Source: Cognatazoarcus halotolerans
GTDB lineage: Bacteria > Pseudomonadota > Gammaproteobacteria > Burkholderiales > Rhodocyclaceae
Direction: 5' to 3'
Assembly: GCF_009800965.1 (NCBI RefSeq)
Contig: NZ_WUAF01000002.1
Location: 84,299 to 108,298, forward strand
DNA: 24,000 bases
Part shown: positions 20,763-24,000 of the stretch, piece after piece
How positions within the stretch are numbered: position 1 is the stretch's first letter
How the letters are laid out: every line of letters begins with the position of its first letter
The notes under the pieces: generated by a model
What the model saw: only the letters and a program-made list of their open reading frames with translations
Databases searched by the model: none
Told to the model about the DNA's origin: nothing
Made by a program: the position numbers and the translations under genes

Positions 20763-21221
20763 TTAGTCGCGGATGTCCTGCGGAAGCTCGTCGAGCATTT
20801 GTGCAATGCAGCCCGAAATCTCGGGGATCAGGGTGGCACGCATGTGCGCCAGTGCCTGGATGCGGATCCGGTCCGTCATGGTGTCGAACTCGCGCGAGAT
20901 GATCTGCGGTAGCTCGTCGGCGAGCCATTCCTCGACGCTTCGCTGGATGCTGGCATCCAGTTCGATTATGCGCTCGGCGATCCGTGCCTCGAGCGCAGTG
21001 CCGGCGGCGTTGGTGGCGTCCGGCTCTGCACCGGCAACCGGAGGTGGCCCTGCAGCGGCAGGCGTGCCGGGGAGTTCCACGACATCGGTCAGTACCGGAA
21101 GATCGTCAATGTCGTCGCCGCCTCGATGCCGACGGATCAGCGCGTCGGCCTTGCCGAGCAGCAGGTCGGCGGTCTCGAGCTCCTCCGGCAGTGGAGGCTC
21201 GTCTTGCGGGCGGAAGCTCAT
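20763..21221 (-). CDS. Hypothetical protein between holC and valS
   Basis: 152 aa ORF. Its start codon overlaps the holC stop as ATGA. Pro/Ala-rich linker (ELPGTPAAAGPPPVAGAEPDATNAAG), then a helical C-terminal domain. Confidence 0.7.
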   Translation of the reverse strand: MSFRPQDEPPLPEELETADLLLGKADALIRRHRGGDDIDDLPVLTDVVELPGTPAAAGPPPVAGAEPDATNAAGTALEARIAERIIELDASIQRSVEEWLADELPQIISREFDTMTDRIRIQALAHMRATLIPEISGCIAQMLDELPQDIRD

Positions 21222-21649
21222 TCGCTACCTCGCTTGGCGAGATCGTGTGGGATCGGCTCGAATCCGGCCGACTTGTAGCTGCGCCAGCGCTCGCGCGCCG
21301 CCGCGCGATCGGCATCGTCGGGGCCGACCACTTCCATCAGCATCGAGAACGCGGCGTGCTCGGCGGGCAGGTCGTTTCCCAGGTTGAGCAATACGTCGTG
21401 ATGCGGCCATTTTGCCTCGGCATGGCCGATCACGATCGGAGTTTCGGGTGCGAGCGGCGAGTCCGCCATCACGTGCGGGACGAAGGCGAGCTGGTCGAAA
21501 GTCCACAGCAACTGGTCGAAGCGACGGGCGAGCGTCGTGTCGGGGATGCGCACCGCCAGCCGCCGCCCGGCGCCGCAGGCGCGCTGGGCAATGCGGCACG
21601 CGGCGGCAAGCCGGTCAGGGGCGTTGTGATAGAAGTGGATCTCGGTCAC
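21218..21649 (-). CDS. holC: DNA polymerase III chi subunit
   Basis: 143 aa from GTG. VTEIHFYHNAPDRLAAACRIAQRACGAGRRLAV...LARRFDQLLWTFDQLAFVPHV...TPIVIGH..., matching HolC, and located between pepA and valS. Confidence 0.85.
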   Translation of the reverse strand: MTEIHFYHNAPDRLAAACRIAQRACGAGRRLAVRIPDTTLARRFDQLLWTFDQLAFVPHVMADSPLAPETPIVIGHAEAKWPHHDVLLNLGNDLPAEHAAFSMLMEVVGPDDADRAAARERWRSYKSAGFEPIPHDLAKRGSE

Positions 21650-21663
21650 GCGGATGCGGCCGT

Positions 21664-23163
21664 TCAGCCGGTCCTGCCCTCGGCACGGCCGATGATGAAC
21701 TCGGTGAGCAGCGGTACCGGGCGGCCGGTCGCACCCTTCGCATCCCCCGAAAGCCACGCGGTCCCCGCGATGTCGAGGTGTGCCCACTTGTACGCCTTGG
21801 TAAAGCGGGCAAGGAAGCTGGCCGCGGTGATCGCTCCGCCGAAGCGTCCGCCGATGTTGGCCATGTCGGCAAAGTTGCTCTTCAGCAGGTCCTGGTATTC
21901 CTCCCACAACGGCAGCTGCCAGGCGCGATCGCCGGTGGTCTGGCCGCAGGCGAGCAGTTGCGCGGCAAGCTCGTCGTCGTTCGCCATCAGACCGCTCGGA
22001 ATCTTGCCCAGGGCGACGATGCAGGCCCCGGTGAGGGTCGCGATGTCCACCACGCAGGCCGGCTCGAAGCGCTCCGCGTAGGTCAGCGCATCGCACAGCA
22101 CCAGCCGGCCCTCGGCATCCGTATTGAGAATCTCGATGGTCTGTCCGGACATCGACGTGACCACATCACCGGGCTTGCTGGCCTTGCCGTCGGGCATGTT
22201 TTCGCTGGCCGGAATGATGCCTACGACGTTGATCGGCAAGGCCATGCGAGCCACGGCACGCAGCGTGCCGAAAACGCTGGCGGCACCGCACATGTCGTAC
22301 TTCATCTCGTCCATCTCGGCGCCAGGCTTGAGCGAGATGCCGCCGGTATCGAAGGTGATGCCCTTGCCGACGAGCACCACCGGCTTTTCCTTGGGTTTGC
22401 CGCCCTTGTACTGCATGACGATCAGTTTGGGTGGCTCGACCGAGCCCTTCGCCACCGACAACAGCGAGTGCATGCCAAGCTTTTCCATCTGCGCCTGTTC
22501 CAGCACTTCCACCTTGAGCTTGAATTCCTTGCCAAGCTTTCTGGCGGCGTCGGCCAGATAGGTGGGGGTGCAGATGTTGCCGGCAAGGTTGCCGAGATCC
22601 TTGGTCAGGGCCATCCCTTCGGCTGTTGCGCGACCACGCGTGATCGCGGTTTCCATCGCGGCGTTGACCTTGTGGCGGGTAACGAAAATCAGTTTGTGGG
22701 CGCCCTTGGCCGGCTTGTCCGATTTCTTCGCCTTGTGCAGCTCGAAGCGATAGGTGGCGTCCTTGAGCAGTCGCGCGGCCTGACTGAGCTTCCACGCCAT
22801 GTCGCGCCCGGGGACCTCGGTGTCGGTCAGGCAAAAGGCAGCATCCTCTGCGCTGCCCGAGGCGAGGATCTTCGCACTGGCGCTGATCGCGTCACGATAG
22901 GTCTTGTCGGTGAGCCCGTCGGCCGCGCCGAGCGATACCAGCAGCAGGCGCTGACAGAGCAGCCCGGGTACCGCGTGCAGCATCAACGTACTGCCGGCCT
23001 TTTCGTCGAGATCGCCCTGACCGATGATCGCGCCGATTGCGCCTTTGCACGCCTTGTCGAGCGCCGCGGCAGCGGGGCTGAGTTCCTTGTCGGCGAACAC
23101 GCCGACGACGAGGCAGCCGGTTTTGAGTTTTTCCGGGCTACTGGTCTTTATGGTAAATTCCAT
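21664..23163 (-). CDS. pepA: Cytosol (leucyl) aminopeptidase
   Basis: 499 aa from MEFTIKTSS. VLVGKGITFDTGGISLKPGAEMDEMKYDMCGAASV, NTDAEGRLVLCDALTYAER, VDIATLTGACIVALG. Confidence 0.95.
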   Translation of the reverse strand: MEFTIKTSSPEKLKTGCLVVGVFADKELSPAAAALDKACKGAIGAIIGQGDLDEKAGSTLMLHAVPGLLCQRLLLVSLGAADGLTDKTYRDAISASAKILASGSAEDAAFCLTDTEVPGRDMAWKLSQAARLLKDATYRFELHKAKKSDKPAKGAHKLIFVTRHKVNAAMETAITRGRATAEGMALTKDLGNLAGNICTPTYLADAARKLGKEFKLKVEVLEQAQMEKLGMHSLLSVAKGSVEPPKLIVMQYKGGKPKEKPVVLVGKGITFDTGGISLKPGAEMDEMKYDMCGAASVFGTLRAVARMALPINVVGIIPASENMPDGKASKPGDVVTSMSGQTIEILNTDAEGRLVLCDALTYAERFEPACVVDIATLTGACIVALGKIPSGLMANDDELAAQLLACGQTTGDRAWQLPLWEEYQDLLKSNFADMANIGGRFGGAITAASFLARFTKAYKWAHLDIAGTAWLSGDAKGATGRPVPLLTEFIIGRAEGRTG

Positions 23164-23203
23164 CGCTGTTCCTTGGAATGACGCGTCAATCGGGCCTTCG
23201 GCG

Positions 23204-23232
23204 ATTATGGCCGCATGATTGGGTGTCGTCAA
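23204..23232 (-). promoter_or_regulatory. Strong sigma70 promoter candidate for pepA
   Basis: Minus strand TTGACG (23232-23227), 17-nt spacer, CATAAT (23209-23204). Each hexamer is 5/6, about 40 bp upstream of the pepA ATG at 23163. Confidence 0.65.
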
Positions 23233-23271
23233 AAGCTGCCCTTAAGCTCCGACCCGACGGTTTTTCGCGCG

Positions 23272-24000
23272 ATGATCTTCGAGCGCGCCGCCCAGCGCGA
23301 ATTCGCCAACACTGCGGCTGCGGTATTCGTCGCGCTGTTTGCGATCCTTATTTCCACCGTTCTCATCCGCCTGCTTGGCCAGGCGGCGGGGGGGCGTCTG
23401 CCGTCCGATGCGGTGCTTGCGCTGATCGGCTTTGGGGCCCTTGCACAGTTGCCGATCGTGCTCTCGCTGACCCTGTTCATCGCCATCCTCACCACCTTGT
23501 CGCGCAGCTACCGTGATTCGGAAATGGTGGTGTGGTTTGCCTCCGGCGTGCCGCTCACCGCCTGGATCAGGCCGGTGTTGAAGTTCTCACTGCCTTTGGT
23601 CGTCGTGATCGCCGCCGCCACGCTGGTCATCGCCCCATGGGCCCAGCTCAAGAGTGTCGAATATCGGGAGCGCAGTACCAGCCGCGACGATGCCTCGCGC
23701 GTGGCGCCAGGCGTATTTCGCGAGTCGGCACGTGGCGAGCGGGTGTTCTTCGTCGAGATCGGGGCGGGAGATGACGGCCGGGTGCGTAATGTGTTCGTGA
23801 GTTCGATGCAGCAGGGCCGGCTCGGCGTGATGGTTTCGGCGGAGGGCTTCCTGCGTACCGATGAGCAGGGGCAGCGTTTCGTGGTGCTCGAGAACGGGCG
23901 GCGCTACGAGGGCACGCCGGGAACGGCCGATTACCGCGTGATGGAGTTCGAGCGATACGCGGTACGTATTCAGGACCGCGCGGCTGTCGAGCCGCCGCAG
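23272..24000 (+). CDS. lptF: LPS export ABC transporter permease LptF (3' end outside window)
   Basis: Open frame from ATG 23272: MIFERAAQREFANTAAAVFVALFAILISTVLIRLLGQAAGGRLPSDAVLALIGF...LTLFIAILTTLSRSYRDSEMVVWFASGVPLTAWIRPVLKF. This matches YjgP/LptF and is divergent from pepA as in many Proteobacteria. Confidence 0.9.
   Translation, partial: MIFERAAQREFANTAAAVFVALFAILISTVLIRLLGQAAGGRLPSDAVLALIGFGALAQLPIVLSLTLFIAILTTLSRSYRDSEMVVWFASGVPLTAWIRPVLKFSLPLVVVIAAATLVIAPWAQLKSVEYRERSTSRDDASRVAPGVFRESARGERVFFVEIGAGDDGRVRNVFVSSMQQGRLGVMVSAEGFLRTDEQGQRFVVLENGRRYEGTPGTADYRVMEFERYAVRIQDRAAVEPPQ

Noticed and set aside
21412-23181. 589-aa plus-strand ORF opposite holC/pepA
   Set aside because: Antisense shadow ORF, Arg/Gly-rich, with no recognisable family.

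Overview
The window is an ordinary-looking, GC-rich, probably betaproteobacterial chromosomal segment (taxonomy is inferred from gene order and protein resemblance). Left to right it contains: the C-terminal part of a methyl-accepting chemotaxis protein; a minus-strand cupin gene and a TlpA-like thioredoxin gene; a compact iron-uptake pair (cupredoxin plus FTR1 permease) with a candidate Fur box over its promoter; and a minus-strand Calvin-cycle operon cbbL-cbbS-cbbX-fbp-prk-tkt-pgk-fba. That operon ends in a clear intrinsic terminator and is divergent from the LysR regulator cbbR. Next come an HD-GYP response regulator whose receiver domain looks degenerate, a gamma-glutamylcyclotransferase-like gene, a TPR/glycosyltransferase-like protein, a small membrane protein, and the conserved valS-(hypothetical)-holC-pepA block divergent from lptF. 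The lptF gene runs off the right edge and is missing from the supplied ORF track. I found no mobile element, CRISPR array, rRNA, tRNA or obvious new defence or biosynthetic system. The observations worth checking are mainly regulatory and structural: hairpins in cbb spacers, a perfect 13-bp inverted repeat after valS, a Fur/promoter overlap, the operator-like repeat between cbbR and cbbL, a Pro-to-Ala change next to the RuBisCO active-site motif, and the degenerate receiver.
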